Shown: positions 12,288 to 25,910, numbered from the stretch's first letter. The stretch is 64,000 bases of DNA from Guillardia theta CCMP2712 (GCF_000315625.1 NW_005434659.1:699848-763847); one strand, 5' to 3'. Translations and numbers: made by a program. Notes: generated from the letters alone by a model not told the origin.

Positions 12288-13886
12288 TCATGCATTGAAG
12301 ATGAAACGTCCGAGCGAGCAGACTGTGTCCTGTAGAGCTTCGTCGTCGTCCGCCAGTTCCAAGGCCAGCATGTAGCGCTGCAGAGCTTCGGCAAGCTCCT
12401 TCCTCCCTTCTGCCTCCTTCCCTTCCTCCACGTGCCTGTTGTACCTCCGAGTCTCCTCCACCGTTAGCTCTGCGCGCGTCCTGGTCCATACCAAGGAGGG
12501 TGAAGGAGAGGGGCGGGAAGGCACAGGGCTCTCCGCTGCTGCTCCTCCCTCCTCGCCTTCGTCCTCAGCGCTCGTGGGGTCAGCCTGCGGTTCGCAAGGG
12601 CTGTCGCTCTCGCTAAGCTCCTCCTCTCCTCCTCCTCCTCCTTGCTCGTCTTCGCTTTCAGATCTCTTCGGTGACGAGTCATGCACAAAGCTCTCATCTT
12701 CAGCTCCTCTCGAGCCATCAGCAACATCCTTAGCAGGTGCTACAGCTGGAGCTGGAGCTGGAGCTGGAGCTGGAGCTGGCTCGTACTCATCGCTGATCCT
12801 GTATCGGTCAAGGAAGTCTTCGTGCTCCCTCGCTCTGCTGACTGTCGGCCCCCTCACCTTTTCCTTCTCCTGCTTGGGCTTCTTCAGGTTGATCTTCCTC
12901 GGAACCGAGGAGAAGGCGCCGTGTTGGGAGGAGGAGGAGGAGGAGTCATCGGGCCCCTCGGTAGGAGGAAGGAGCTTGGAGAAGAGCAGGTGGTAGTCGC
13001 TGACTCCTCGCACCATCGCCCCCCCGCACCTCTCGAGGAAGACGCGATGCTGCTCATGCTCGCACTGCTCCCGCTGCTCGCCGTGCAGCTCTTCGAGCTC
13101 CCTGTGTGTTTCAGAGCTCTGCATGTTGCCGATGGCGAAGAGAGCACGGAGCTGCTGCTTGCTGAAGTAGCGGAGCTGGTTCTCCTGCTGCATCACCACC
13201 TTGTTGAGGCCCCTCTTGAAGATCTGGTTCCGCAGGATCTTCTCCTCCACGGTCCCGCAGGTGACCAGCCGGTAGACCTGAGACGTCACCGTAAGGAGAC
13301 GAGCAGCTGCTGCAGGAAGAGCGTGCGGGGGATCGGGAGAAGTCTCTCGGGGGCGGGGGGGGCGGGGAGATATGTCAAGTATGAAATCAAGAGGAGGAAA
13401 GCGGGAGGGGGGGGGGGGGGGGGGGAAGGGGAGAAAGGGCCGGGAAAAGGGACGAACAGGTGAACCTGGAGGCAGAGACAGAGCAGGTTGATCTGAACTC
13501 CCTCTCCATCAGCTTCGAACTGCAGGCTCTGAAAGTCCCTGGATCATATCTAGAGGAGTACTACGGGGTGGATCTACNNNNNNNNNNNNNNNNNNNNNNN
13601 NNNNNNNNNNNNNNNNNNNNNNNNNNNNNNNNNNNNNNNNNNNNNNNNNNNNNNNNNNNNNNNNNNNNNNNNNNNNNTCGCACTTCTCCCCCTCTGCGCT
13701 TTCACCATCGCCCCCCTGGCCATCCCGATGCCGTCATTCTTTTACTGATTGAGAACCTTGTGAATGGTCACCCACCCCTCAATTAGACAACCAACAGACG
13801 TGTGACCCCGTACTCAATAACTTTGACAAAAGTACCCTGATATGGGGGAAGGAGAAGAAAGGCGAGGAGAAGGAGATGACAAGGAT

Positions 13887-13920
<34 letters not shown>

Positions 13921-16462
13921 AGCAGAGCAAGAAGAGGAAGGAACAGAGGGCGGAGAAAGACAAGGAAGAGGGAGAGAGGGAGGAGGAAGAGGGGGAGGAG
14001 GAAGAGAGGAAGAAGGAAGAGAGGGAGGAGGAGTATCCAAGTGGTCGCACCAGCACAGGACGCGTCTGCCCGACTCTGTAGGCGCGATCGACCGCCTGCG
14101 CGTCAGTCGCAGGATTCCAGGAGGGATCGTAGATGATGACCCGGTCCGCTCCCGTCAGGGTCAGGCCCACCCCTCCTACCCCAGTCGTGAGGAAGAGGAC
14201 CTTGACAGACTCCTTGCTGTTGAACTTCTTGACGATCCTCTCCCTGTCCGCCAGCTTGTTCACCTGCCCGTCGAGAAAGAGCGAGCTGATCTTGAGCGTG
14301 TCCGTGCAGGACCGCAGCAGCCGGAGCATCCTCGACGACTGGCTGAAGACCAGCGTCTTGTGCCCTCCCCTCTCGAGCTCCTGCAGCAGGTGGAGCACAA
14401 ACAGCATCTTGCTGGAGGCTACAGCAGCCCCGATCAGCTCCTTGGCCGCGGACGCAGGGAGAGCGTCCTGTGTGATGACGTGCTCCTGCTTCTTCCACGT
14501 CTCCAGCATCCTGCGTACAGAGAATGTATCCTCCTCCAGAGTCTCAGCCTCCTGCTCCTCGTCTGCCTCCCGCAGGGCCTCAAGGGAGCTCACTTCGGTA
14601 GCCTTCTGCAGGAGGTAAGGATGATCGCAAATCTTCTTGAGGACCGTCAGAGCTGCCAGGGGAGAGCGCGAGCTGCTGAGGGCTGCATGGACCACGTCGG
14701 AATCGAGGAACTGGCGGTAGACATGCTTCTGGAAGGACGTGGGCTCGAGCCACACGATCCACTCCTTCTTTGACACCTCCAGCCCGACCTGGATCCGAGC
14801 TCCTCCCTGCTCCTCAGGCCTCTCCTCTTCCCCTCCCACCTTCTTGTCTTTGTTGAAGACGTCGGCCTTGGTCCTCGCCAGCTGATACGGCATGAAGATG
14901 TCCCGCAACTCCCTCGCCCTCCTCTCCCCCAGCTGCTTCTCGGATGCTGCCGCAGACTTGTCATGTCCGTCTGCGATAGGACGGGAATAGTGAGCCTTGA
15001 ACTCCTGCTGGGGGGGGAGGAGGCCAGGGACCGCAAAGTCCAGCAGGGCCCAAAGCTCGTCGAGGTTGTTCTGGACGGGGGTCCCAGTGAGGAGCAGGCG
15101 ATGGTCAGCTGGGATTGTCCTGAGCTTCTTCGAAGTCTGGATCGACGGATTTTTCAGCTTGTGCCCCTCGTCGCAAACCACGTAGTCCCAATTCACCCTC
15201 GCCAGCTTCTCCGCTTGCGAGGAGGCCAGGCCGTAGGAGGTGAGAAGGACGCCCCCTCTCTTGTACACGGACTTGAGATTGTCGTCCCTCTCCCTCGTGT
15301 TGGCGCCGTGGAAGAGGAGGGGACTCACGTCCTTGCAGAACTTGCGGAACTCTCCCTCCCACACGGACAGCACAGAGACAGGGCAGACGATCAGAACGTG
15401 AGAGACCTGCTGCCCTTCAAAGCAGCCTCCTAGGAAGGTGATGGTCTGACAGGTCTTCCCCAGCCCCATCTCGTCCCCTAGGATCCCTCCTGCTCCTCTC
15501 TGGTGCAGCTCCCACAGCCATGCGACGCCCTCGCGCTGGTAAGGCAGCAGCCTCTCGTACGACTGCTTGCTGAGCGAGAAGGGCTCGGACCCCTCCAGCT
15601 CGTACCTTTCGTCCTCTCCGTCATAGCGCCAACCCTGCTGTGCTGTGACTCCCAGCCCCTCTCTGATGGCGGCCTTGCTCTGCCTCCTGCTCTGTCTCCT
15701 CACTTCCAGTAGGTTCTGAATCTTGGTGATCTTCTTTCGAAGCTTACTGTCCATATCCCACAGAGAGAACGCTTGCTGGTAGAACGAGAGAGCGTTTCTC
15801 AGGTCTCCTTCCCTCTCACAGCTCTGAGCCTCTTTGATGAGGTCGTTGTACGCTGTTCGAACTGCTTTGCAAGGTTTGTTCTCCTCCTTCTCTTCCTGCT
15901 GGCAAGGCGAGTTCGGGTCCCTGTTTTCGTCTCCCAGCTTGAACCTGGGGTTCAACTCCTGACGGGCAGAAGGGCTTTCATGTTCATCATCATAATTGTC
16001 GTCAGTTCCTTGATCAACGTCGTTCCTCGATGACATTGAGGGTTGGACCTGTTTCTGGCCCAATGGCGACCTCCCTGAGTCACAGAGTTCGCCACTGCTG
16101 TCCGGCTTGTAGCTGAGGCTCAGTCTACTCATACTTTCAATGAATTCACCACCATCTGCGTTTCGATCTCCGCATGATCTTGCAAGCTCGTTGCTGCAGG
16201 GATGATCTGCAAGCTGGTTTTCACCTTCACAATCTCTGACTTCGAAATCAGCTTCATCAGGCTTCTCATACAATCCTCCATCTTCGCGCTCATCTTCAGC
16301 GCTCTCGTCTTCTGATGATGATGTGTTTCCCCCAGCCTGATATGTTCGAGAAGGGAGGAAAGATAGAAGGTTGATCTCCTCCTCCTCCTCCTCCTCCTCC
16401 TCCTCCTCCTCCTCCTCCTCCTCCTCCTCCTCCTCTCGCTCTTCTTGCCATCTTGGTGCCAT
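12288..16462 (-). CDS. ERCC6L: SNF2-family DNA translocase, ERCC6L/PICH-like
   Basis: GGILGDEMGLGKT, VVCDEGH, LLLTGTPVQNN, LVFSQS, GGVGLTLTGADRVIIYDPSWNP, QAVDRAYRVGQ|VYRLVTCGTVEEKI. TPR-like helices at both ends (AYNDLIKEAQ..ALSFYQQA; YNRHVEEG..ALQRYMLAL) as in PICH. One intron, 13278..14050, spans the gap. Confidence 0.85.
13578..13677. other. Assembly gap (100 N)
   Basis: Run of N. Confidence 1.
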
Positions 16463-17776
16463 AGTTTGAATCGGCGTGGCAAGAAAAAAAAGCAAAACAA
16501 AAGAATAAATTGACTGTAAAACAAATCTTTTTCTTTTGTCAGAGGATCGTAGAGGACCCCACCCCATATAAGACCATTTGACCCGTAGGGTCCCCCAAAG
16601 ACCCCCCATGAAGAGATGAAATATGGCATCATCGTACCCCTCACATGACTACCCACCCAATTGAGATAGCCTGTACCTCCAACCACCCCTCATTCAAGGT
16701 CACTCTGAGTGTTACCAGAGTGAAGGTATTAGTTAAGTTTGGGGGACAGCAGTCGGCAGGATTAGGTTTGGTTCTCGCTGTCTTTTCCCTTCTCGCCGTT
16801 TGGCCTGTGCGACAGTGTCAGGGTCAAGCCTCCTCGACTCTCCTGATTGTCCTCGTACTGATTTTTAACTTAACTTTGAGTAAAGTGTTACCAGTCACTG
16901 AGTACCCCTGTTTACTTTAACAACCAGGTTGGGGTACTTGGGAACGATGTATCGAAGGGGTGGGGTAGAAGAATAGACATGTCAATGACTTCAGGGGTAG
17001 CGAAACAAAAAGGGATTTGTTCCTTGGACATTAGGGTGGGGTACTAATTGAAGGGGTGGTGAGAAATGGACACTCCTTGTGTGTAGGTAGGGTAGGGTGT
17101 TAGACGCTCGTTGGATGGTGGTGGGGTATAAATAGAGATAGTAGGGGGGTGGGGTGATAGTGGTATGGGGAGAATGGTCGAAATGGCATGTATGACCCCT
17201 AGGAAGGCAAGAGAGGAGGGGAGGAAGGAGATAGACGGAGAGGAAGACAATGTTGAGAAGATTATCCCTCTTGCTGAGGACCATGTGAACGTTTCTGAGT
17301 CGAGGTTGAGACTGGCATGAGAGAGAGTTAGGTTCTCGTGGTTATCTGACTGGACGGATGTATGAAACTTGCAGAGGAGCCGAGGGAATGGTACGCTAAG
17401 ACGCACAGGGATGTCCCATGTTTCTTGTATGTCATGATAAGAATGTTGGTTGATCTTAATATTGCGAGGATAACAGAAGAGGAGAGTATCAGTTTGCAGC
17501 AAGTCACCCAGGTTATCAGTGTCCTGTATGAGGGAAGGAACGACTAATAGGGAGGAGAATGAGGAGAGATGGCAGGGAACTTGTTGGTGAGGAAGACACT
17601 GATCCACGCTAAGGAAGATTGAGACAGTTGGAAAGTTTGATAGCACGCGGGTAGAGTATTCTAGTTCCCACAAAGAAGATTTTATTTCAAAGCAGTAGTA
17701 TCGCTCTACATACCAACCAGCATCTTCGTTCCACTTCACTCACTCTTGTGCTTCGTGCAGGAGGTAGTTGGGGGAG

Positions 17777-19324
17777 ATGGCTACCAAGAAGGATAACTCA
17801 CAGAGCTTGCGGGTTCATTTCGGGGGGCTGGATGACGAGTACGAGGTAACGAAGCAGCTGGGAGAGGGAGCGTACGGCGTGGTAGCAGCAGCAAGACACA
17901 AGGCCACCAACACCAAAGTTGCCATCAAGAAGATCAAGGATGCCGTGGAGGACAAGGACCAGGGGAAGCTGCTGCTGCGAGAACTGAAACTTTTGCGCCA
18001 CTTCCGCGGCCACGAGAACATAATCTGCATCAAGGACATCATCGAGAGACCGGAAGGCAAGAGCAAGTTCAAGGACATCTTCATAGTCACCGACCTGATG
18101 GATACTGACCTGCACAAGATCATCCGGTCCTCCCAGCCCCTGTCGGATGATCATGTACGATACTTCGTCTACCAGATCGTGCGAGGGCTCAAGTTCATTC
18201 ACTCTGCCAACGTGATGCATCGCGACCTGAAGCCGAACAACCTCCTTGTCAACGCCAACTGCGATCTCAAGATCTGCGACCTCGGCCTCGCACGCCTCTC
18301 TGCCGAGCTGGAAAACTCCTTCTCCATGACAGTCTATGTGGTCACCCGATGGTACCGCGCCCCTGAGCTCCTGCTGGGGAAGCGAGATTACGACAAGTCC
18401 ATCGACATGTGGGCTGTTGGGTGCATCCTAGCAGAGCTGCTCGGACGAAAGGCTCTGTTTCCCGGAAGAGACTACGTGGACATGCTCAAACGGCAGATCG
18501 CTAAGATAGGAAATCCCCCCATTGAGGATCAGCAACACGTCTCTGAGAAGGCGAAGAATTTTCTTGCAGGTCATTCTCATCTTCCTGCATGCTTCAGCTC
18601 TTTTGTAGTTCTATTCACCTCCTCCATCCTGCTCCCAGGATCTGTTCTTCATTCACTCCCCCTCCCCCTTCTCTCCAACCCTTCTGTCCTCGCTTCCCTA
18701 CTTAGTGATGAGGTGATGAAATTCATGGTGCAGGTTTTCCCAAGGAAACTCCACCGGGATGGAAGCACGAGTTCCCTAACGCCTCCTCTCAAGCTCTCGA
18801 CCTCCTCGACAGTCTCCTCCAATTTAACCCGAGAAAACGGCTGACAGCAGCACAGGTTGCATTTCCTTCTGCTGTAGAATCCTCCTCCTCCCTCCTCCTC
18901 CTTCTCCTCCCCCTTCTCCTCCTCCTCCTCCTCTTCCTCCTCTGCCCCTGCTAATCGATCTTTTTGTTTTGCATGTTGATGTAACTGCAGGCATTGTCAC
19001 ATCCTTACATGGCAGAACTGCACGATCCTACCGACGAGCCCGAATGCGACCAGGTTGGTGTGGAGGAGGAAGAGGAGGAGGAGGAGGAGGAGGAGGAAGA
19101 GGAAGAGGAGGAGGAAGCGGCACGAGGGCTGACGATGCACAGGAGTTCGACTTTGAGTATGAGAAGAAAGATAACCTCAGCGACGCAAATATCCGGGACC
19201 TTGTGTTCCAGGAGATCAAACAGTACTCGCATCCTGGCGCTAAGGTAGACCTGAGTGATGACGTGGCGGAGGTGCTAAGGGTCTGCAGGCCAAGGGGCGG
19301 ACATAGGCTCAGGTCCATGCGTGA
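17777..19324 (+). CDS. Mitogen-activated protein kinase (ERK/plant MPK-like)
   Basis: LGEGAYGVV, VAIKKI, LRELKLLRHF, HRDLKPNNLL, KICDLGLAR, MTVYVVTRWYRAPE, and the CD domain ALSHPYMAELHDPTDEP; four introns in the 3' part. Confidence 0.95.
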
Positions 19325-19552
19325 GAGCCATCTGATATGACAAGCCGGGAATGAGTTGCAACATATTGTTTTTTTGAGCAGCACATGAAGAATTGCAATC
19401 TTGACGGGATGAGCGATACCACATGAGGAGGAGAGTTTTGAGGGACTGAAATATGAAGAGTGTGAGAAGGGAGGGAGGGTGTTCAGCAGTTCAGGGAGGA
19501 TATTTGGAGGAGAAGCAGCAACACAATGTTTTGATCGAGTTTTCTTCTCTCT

Positions 19553-22429
19553 TCATTTCGACGGAACTCGTTTGATGCTCATCGAACGTCTCGCCAGCCC
19601 TGCCACCAGGTTGCCAGCTGAACTGACGCGTGAGAAGCTGAAAGAAGCTCTAGAGCTCGACCGAGACATCCCGCTGGGTGCACGTGAGAAACTTCCTCGC
19701 GAGAAGCTCTGCGGAGGAGGGCGAAATGCAGCCGCCTTGAGCTCCTTCGAGACATGCACGTCCGGCATAAATCGGAGGAGAAAATTCTCCAGAGTCTGAG
19801 GTATAAGAAGGTCAATCGCGCAAGAGGACAGAAGGGTGAGCTGGGGAAGAAGGGGAAGAAAGCGATGTCAGCACGGCAGGAGATGCAAAGGAGGAGAGTG
19901 GAATGGGACAGTGCGAGTGCCGTACAGGGGAGGAGGAGGAGGAGGAGGAGGAGGAGGCACCTCTGGGAAGTTGATCTTGTTTGGGTATCCAGTATGGTGA
20001 TCTGCCAGCCTGTAGTTGCAAGTCAGGGAGGAGCTCTGAGCGAGCAGGAGAGACCGGAAGAGAAGCTCAGCGTACTCGTCGTAGGTCAGACAGGCGTCAA
20101 GGTTGCGCTTGTTGCCCTCTACCTGCTCGTAGCTGTCGTAGAGGGAGCTGTGGTAGAGGCGGACAACCTTGAAGGGAGTCAGGGGGGGCGAGCAACGGCA
20201 GGAGGGACCTCAGGAAACTCGCTGCTGCTAACAATCACGTTGTCCTTGAGCCAGAGCTCGAGCACCTCGCAAAGGTAGAGGAAGTCTCGGCCCCTCGCCT
20301 TGCTCTCCTCTTGGAATCGCTTCCTCATGCGGGGCTCGAAGGCCTTGGTCACTACCTTGCAGACAGGGTCGTCCAACTTCTTGCTGACGTCAACATGTCA
20401 GCGATCCTGCCGACAAGCCGCACAAGACGTACGGAAGGTCATCCTTGCTCTCCCTGCCGGCCAAGGGAAGGATGTAGTGGGTCAGCAGCTGGGCGAGTCG
20501 GTCGCTCACTCGCAGAGCATGCGGGATCTTGAAGTTGGCGAGGCGGACGAGAGCCTCTTGGAACTGACGGTAGATCATCTTCCTCTTGCGATTCGCCTCT
20601 CCGATAGTGCTGCCGGCCGTCGGGTCGATCTGCATAAAGATGCGATCGATCTCTGCCAAGTTCAACCTGCAGCATCGTCAGACCTCGCGACTCGCTCCAC
20701 GGCCTCCCCTACTTGTTGTCTGGCAGTCGACAGTCTTTGGCAAACTTCCAAAAGTCGATCATCTTCATCGCAAACGAGTTCTCCACCTCTTGCTGCTTCA
20801 TTGTGTCAGCGCAGCAACACGTTCTCGTTCCATCTCCCTCACCTCCTTGCTGTTGGTCATCTTCGTCGCGATGCTCGAGCTGCTTCCTTGAGATGTGGTT
20901 TTAAAGCTTCCCAAGGGCTGCCATGACGAAATGAGAGAGCGAAGACATGGCAGGGTCCAACCTTGGCTTCTTCTATCTGCGAGTAGGAGCGGAAAATCTG
21001 CTTCAGCTCCGTCGCGTGCTTCACAAACAGATTCTTGATCTTTCTCAGCTCGAGCTCAGGGTTGCTCTACGATCTCCATCACACCAAGGAAGCAAGTCAC
21101 CAACACACTCACGTCATCCTCGAGAAGGTCGGAGATGTAGAGGATGAAGTCATGAGAGGTGCTCTGGACGGGACCGTCAAGCTCGTCTGCTGGTATCACA
21201 AGTCACCTTGATCTTCTTGTCCGGCAGCTTGTCTTGGGCTACACTGCCCGCGTACGTTCTTCCATCAGGATACAAGTACTTGCCGAAGCCATCCTGATAG
21301 GCACACAAGAATGAAATGATAGTCCGAAAGCTGCAAGAGAGATTCTGCGTACCTTGTGGTTCTCGTTCCATCCTCCCTCATAGACGGTTCCATCTGCGTA
21401 TTCAAATCGTCCTTGCCCGTGTCGCTTCCCCTTCTCGAATTGACCCACGTATCGGTTGAACGTCTGGAAGTTGATGCTGTTCGTTCCCTCCATGATCCAG
21501 ATGTGCTCCCCCTGCGCCATGTCAGACCCCTTGCTCGCTGCTCGTCGCCCTACCTGCCCATGCTGCTTCCCGTCCTCCCATTCCCCCGTGTAGATCTCGT
21601 TTGAGTTCCAGATCATCTGCCCGCGCCCGTGCGGGTACCCGTCCTTCCAGTAGCCTACAGGGCTTCAGCTGCCCCCCTTGAGCCTCTGCCTCCTACCTGT
21701 ATACTGGTTGCCGGACTTGTACAACATGGTCCCCCGTCCATGTCGCAGGTTATTCCTCCACTCACCGTCGTACCTCTGCTTGCCGTCGCTGTCGTAGGAC
21801 AGCACACCATGCCCGTGCCGCTTGCCGTACCTCCACTCCCCATCATACGTGGTCACCGCGCTCTCATCCAGCTCGTTGGCGTCGGTCATGACAAGCTTCC
21901 CCTTGCCGTGCCTGTACCCGTCCAGCATCTCTCCGTCATACGCGTGGCCCCCCGGCCATCGCAGCTGCCCCTTCCCCACCAGCTTCGCGTGGTCGAACGG
22001 TCCTCTGTACGTGGTTCCATCCTTCCACTGCAGGCTCCCACTCCCGTGCATCAGTCCCTGCTTCCACTCCCCCTCGTACGACAACCCCTGATGCAACGAC
22101 GCCTTGCCGTTGCCTGACATGCGTCCCTCGTCGTCTTTCTCGCCCTCATAGTCCACGAGGACAGTCTTGGACAGCATCTCGCTCACCTCGACCGAGCTTC
22201 TTGGAGGGTTCAAGGGAGGAGGAGAGTCTACCTGCATGCTGCTGGAAAGTATGCTCTGCATTCTGTCGAAGCTCCATCCTGTGCTTTTGATTCCGTAAAG
22301 CCTTTCTTCCTCTCTCCTCGCCCGAGCCCTAACCCTTCCAGCTCTGCCTCGCACCACTCGTTGGATAGTTAAGGCACATGTTTCTTCCGTGTTCTGCTCT
22401 TCTTCGGCATCATTTTCTGACGTCGCCAT
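19553..22429 (-). CDS. IQ + MORN-repeat protein, radial spoke head 10B-like
   Basis: IQ-like TIQRVVRGRAGR; about 10 MORN repeats (YEGEWKQGLMHGSG etc.); C-terminal LKQIFRSY, FWKFAKDCRL, LNLAEIDRIF and YRQFQEALVRLA resemble RSPH10B. Confidence 0.8.
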
Positions 22430-22494
22430 CTAGCGAAGCTGACGGTGATCCCACCTGGATGCCTGACACTCCCAGACACAAACTACCGTGATCT

Positions 22495-22757
<263 letters not shown>

Positions 22758-23182
22758 TAATGATTGGTCGGCAGCCCACAGCCGTTGAACCTCTACCCCC
22801 TCTCCCTGGTACCCTGGAGCCGCCATATTGATACCACCCCTCCCTCCCCTTTTGAGTTCCTCGGGCCTACCGTGACTCCGACCCGGGGCCGATTACTAGA
22901 ATCTTTACTCAAATAATGGCCTGTTGCCCCTCATTCAGCCCTCCGTTAACATTCCCTGTCGAGATCCTGGTTGAGATCAGTGTCGAGATGGTCGAGATCC
23001 GCCCCGACATGGTGTGCTGTCACTGGCGCGAGACGATGAGAGGGAGGGGAATGAGGAGGTGAAGAGAGAGGAGACAGAGCAGAGCTGTACCTCAGACACG
23101 AGCATGCGTGCCAGCAATCAAGATCAGGGCAGCTGACCCTACCTCCTGCCAGCTTCTCCTAGCTCCTCACCCATCCCTTTCC

Positions 23183-25700
23183 ATGCTCCTCTTTCTTACC
23201 GCCTGCATTCTCGGGAACCATGCTGGTCTCTCCGCAACGAGCACCCACTGCTACGACCCGCCAGGCTTGAAGGGGAAGATGGGTGTCAAGTCGCTGGTTT
23301 CATGCTCCATATCCAGCAGCACTGAGCCATTGAGGATCAAATCGCTCTTCCCACCTGACCCCCCCGACAGTCTCCCGCCATTCATCATACACATAAGGAG
23401 CGAATCCTCCAAGAAGAAGCTGTCAGAGGTAAGTTTGATGTCTCTGACATGCTATGGGCTAAGAGCAGCAACAAGGTCATCATGGAGGAAACAGGCATGG
23501 ACGGAAAACTTGTGAAAGAGCTCGTCAAGTTTGGAGCTGTCTACACCGGTCCTCCGCAAGATGCCATGGACAAGAAGCAGTCACCGGTCAAAGCTGTTCG
23601 AACCATGCAGGATGTGGAGCTGCTTCCTGGGTCTTATGTCAGAGTGCACGCCCAACCAAAAAGATGTCTGTCTGTCTACAAGGTAGCGCACAAGAACAGC
23701 TAAGATGATGACGATCATGATCGAGAAGGAGAAGGAGAAGAAGCAACAATGAGGAGGAGGTGGTGATAGGATCCACAACGCAGAGAAGAAGAACAAAATG
23801 ACGACTGAGCTAGCTTCGCCTGACGCCCACAAGTGTGATCGACTCTCACAGCATGACTCAGATTGACTGGAGCGCGAGAGTTATCCGCGAGAGCCAAGAC
23901 TTCATCGTCATTGACAAGCCCCCAGGGTGAGTCCAGCTCGGCATCCAGCGCTTCCCACGTGCCGGGGATGACGTTCAAGTCTCGATGTGACAGGGTGCCA
24001 AGTTTGACAACCATCGACAACGGCGTGGAGTGTGTGATGTCACAAGTGGAGAAGGTCTGAGGGGCGAGGAGAGGAGTAGCGATGAGGGTGTACGGCAGAT
24101 GAGAAATATCAGCCTGATGCCAACCAGCCGCCTCGACGTCTGCACAGCTGGAGTGTTGATCTTCGCCAAGACAAGAGACTTCTGCTTGAAGACCAACAAG
24201 GCGATGAGTGAGAGGCGGTAAGGACGGGCGCTGTGGAGGAGGAGGACGCTAGGAGGAGCATGACAGAGAGATAAGATGGTAGAGCACCCGACGGCCTGTG
24301 AGGACAAGAGCTGAGGCGGGCCATCCTCGTCGTCTCGCTCACTTGCTTCCTGGCAGGTGTGACAAGGTCTACCTGCTGCTGAGCGAGAGAGAGTTGCCGA
24401 GAGGAGAAGTGCGTCATCTTTTCTGTCGGTGATCATCCTGAAGCCGCATCCCCGTCTTCGCCTCCTCCTTGCTGCTTCTCCTCACCGGGGGGGTACGGCA
24501 GGAAGAGGAGCGGACACAAGAACTCTCGTCCCACGCTTCTCCGAGCATGGCAGGACTTGAGGAGCAGGCAAGACCTGCAGGAGGAGGGTAAGGCTGGCGG
24601 CTCGTCTACTAGAGAGATCTCGGAGCTCGTCTTCTCCTCTCATCGCTTGCCTGGGTCTTGTAGCTCGCTTTGATAGTCTCCGTCAGGCTGGCAAGATGCC
24701 GTGCTAGAGATTCTGGACTGCCGGGTAAGCCGCTGAGCTCAGACACTCAGAGGAGGAGGAAGATTGCGATGATGGATCAAGATGATGATGATCTTGACGA
24801 TGTGATATCGTGTTGTTGTCATTATCTTGTAGTTTGTACTGATGATGACAATGATCCGGCTGGTGGTGATGACGACAACAACCCTGATGCTGATGGGGTC
24901 AGTGTCTGCTTACCTTTCTGCAGCCGTTTGATCTCAAGCAGCAGGGAGGACGCAGAAAGGTTGTCTGTCTCCTCGCTGTCTCGCAGATGAACAAGCATGC
25001 AGGTCTTCGAGTACTCCGTCCGGCTCATCACAGGGAGGACACACCAGGTCAGGAGATGTGGAGAGCAGCAGGGTCATGACAGGGAGGACGTCGCAGATTC
25101 GCCTGCAGTTTGCGGCTCTAGGAGCTCCCGTGCTCGGAGACACGCGGTACACGCCAGCAGCTGGGCTTTTGTTTCAGGTCTAGTCCGCCTGCTGTCTCCC
25201 TGCTCCTCCTCTCACTCGTGTCTGTCTTGCTCTGCTGCCTCGCTTCTATCCGCCTCCTCGCGGCTTCTCCTCTCGTCGCGTCAAGGCTGATCTCTGAGCA
25301 GAGCGTCGACGATGCGATTGGAGACGGCAGCCGCGTGTTTGGGCCTGACCCCGACGTGATCTTCCTGCAGGCAAGACGAGAAGGCGCGGGGAGGGGGAGG
25401 AGCTGAGAAGAGTAACAGGCGCATCGGGTGACGATAGAGGGGGAGGAGAGTTTATCGTTCGAGGTGCGAGGAGGCGAGGGGTCTTGTCGCCTTGACCCGA
25501 AGATCAGGCGGGAGCACCTTGGTGGCGGGACGAGAGGGAGACGAGCAGGAGGCAGCAGGGGGAAGACGCTGGCGATAGGGATGAAGGAAGTGAAGGAAGC
25601 AGTTGAACAAGGGGGAGAGGTCAGACAGACTTTGGCGATCAAGCTCGCGGGGACTCAGAGGAAGCAAAGAGAGGACAGGCGTTTGTTAGACATGAGGTGG
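23183..25700 (+). CDS. RNA pseudouridine synthase, RluA family (plant plastid PUS6-like), multi-exon
   Basis: LVKFGAVY, YVRVHAQPKR, IDWSARVI..FIVIDKPPG|VPS..IDN, catalytic TSRLDVCTAG, VRLITGRTHQ|IRLQFAALGAPVLGDTRY. Hydrophobic N-terminus. The 3' end is uncertain. Confidence 0.85.
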
Positions 25701-25910
25701 TAGAGCTGGAGCGATATTTGCTTTCGCAGATTAATCAACAGTTTGCACCTAACTGCTGAATGCCAACTAATTGCACTATATTCTCTCTCATGAGAACAAG
25801 ATGCTTCAGTACTTGAGTCACCCAATACAAGCAGCTGCTATTAGAACAGCCGAGCCCAAGATCGATGTGATTGAATATCGCACTAGGCGCTAGGACCCTG
25901 CTATGACAGC

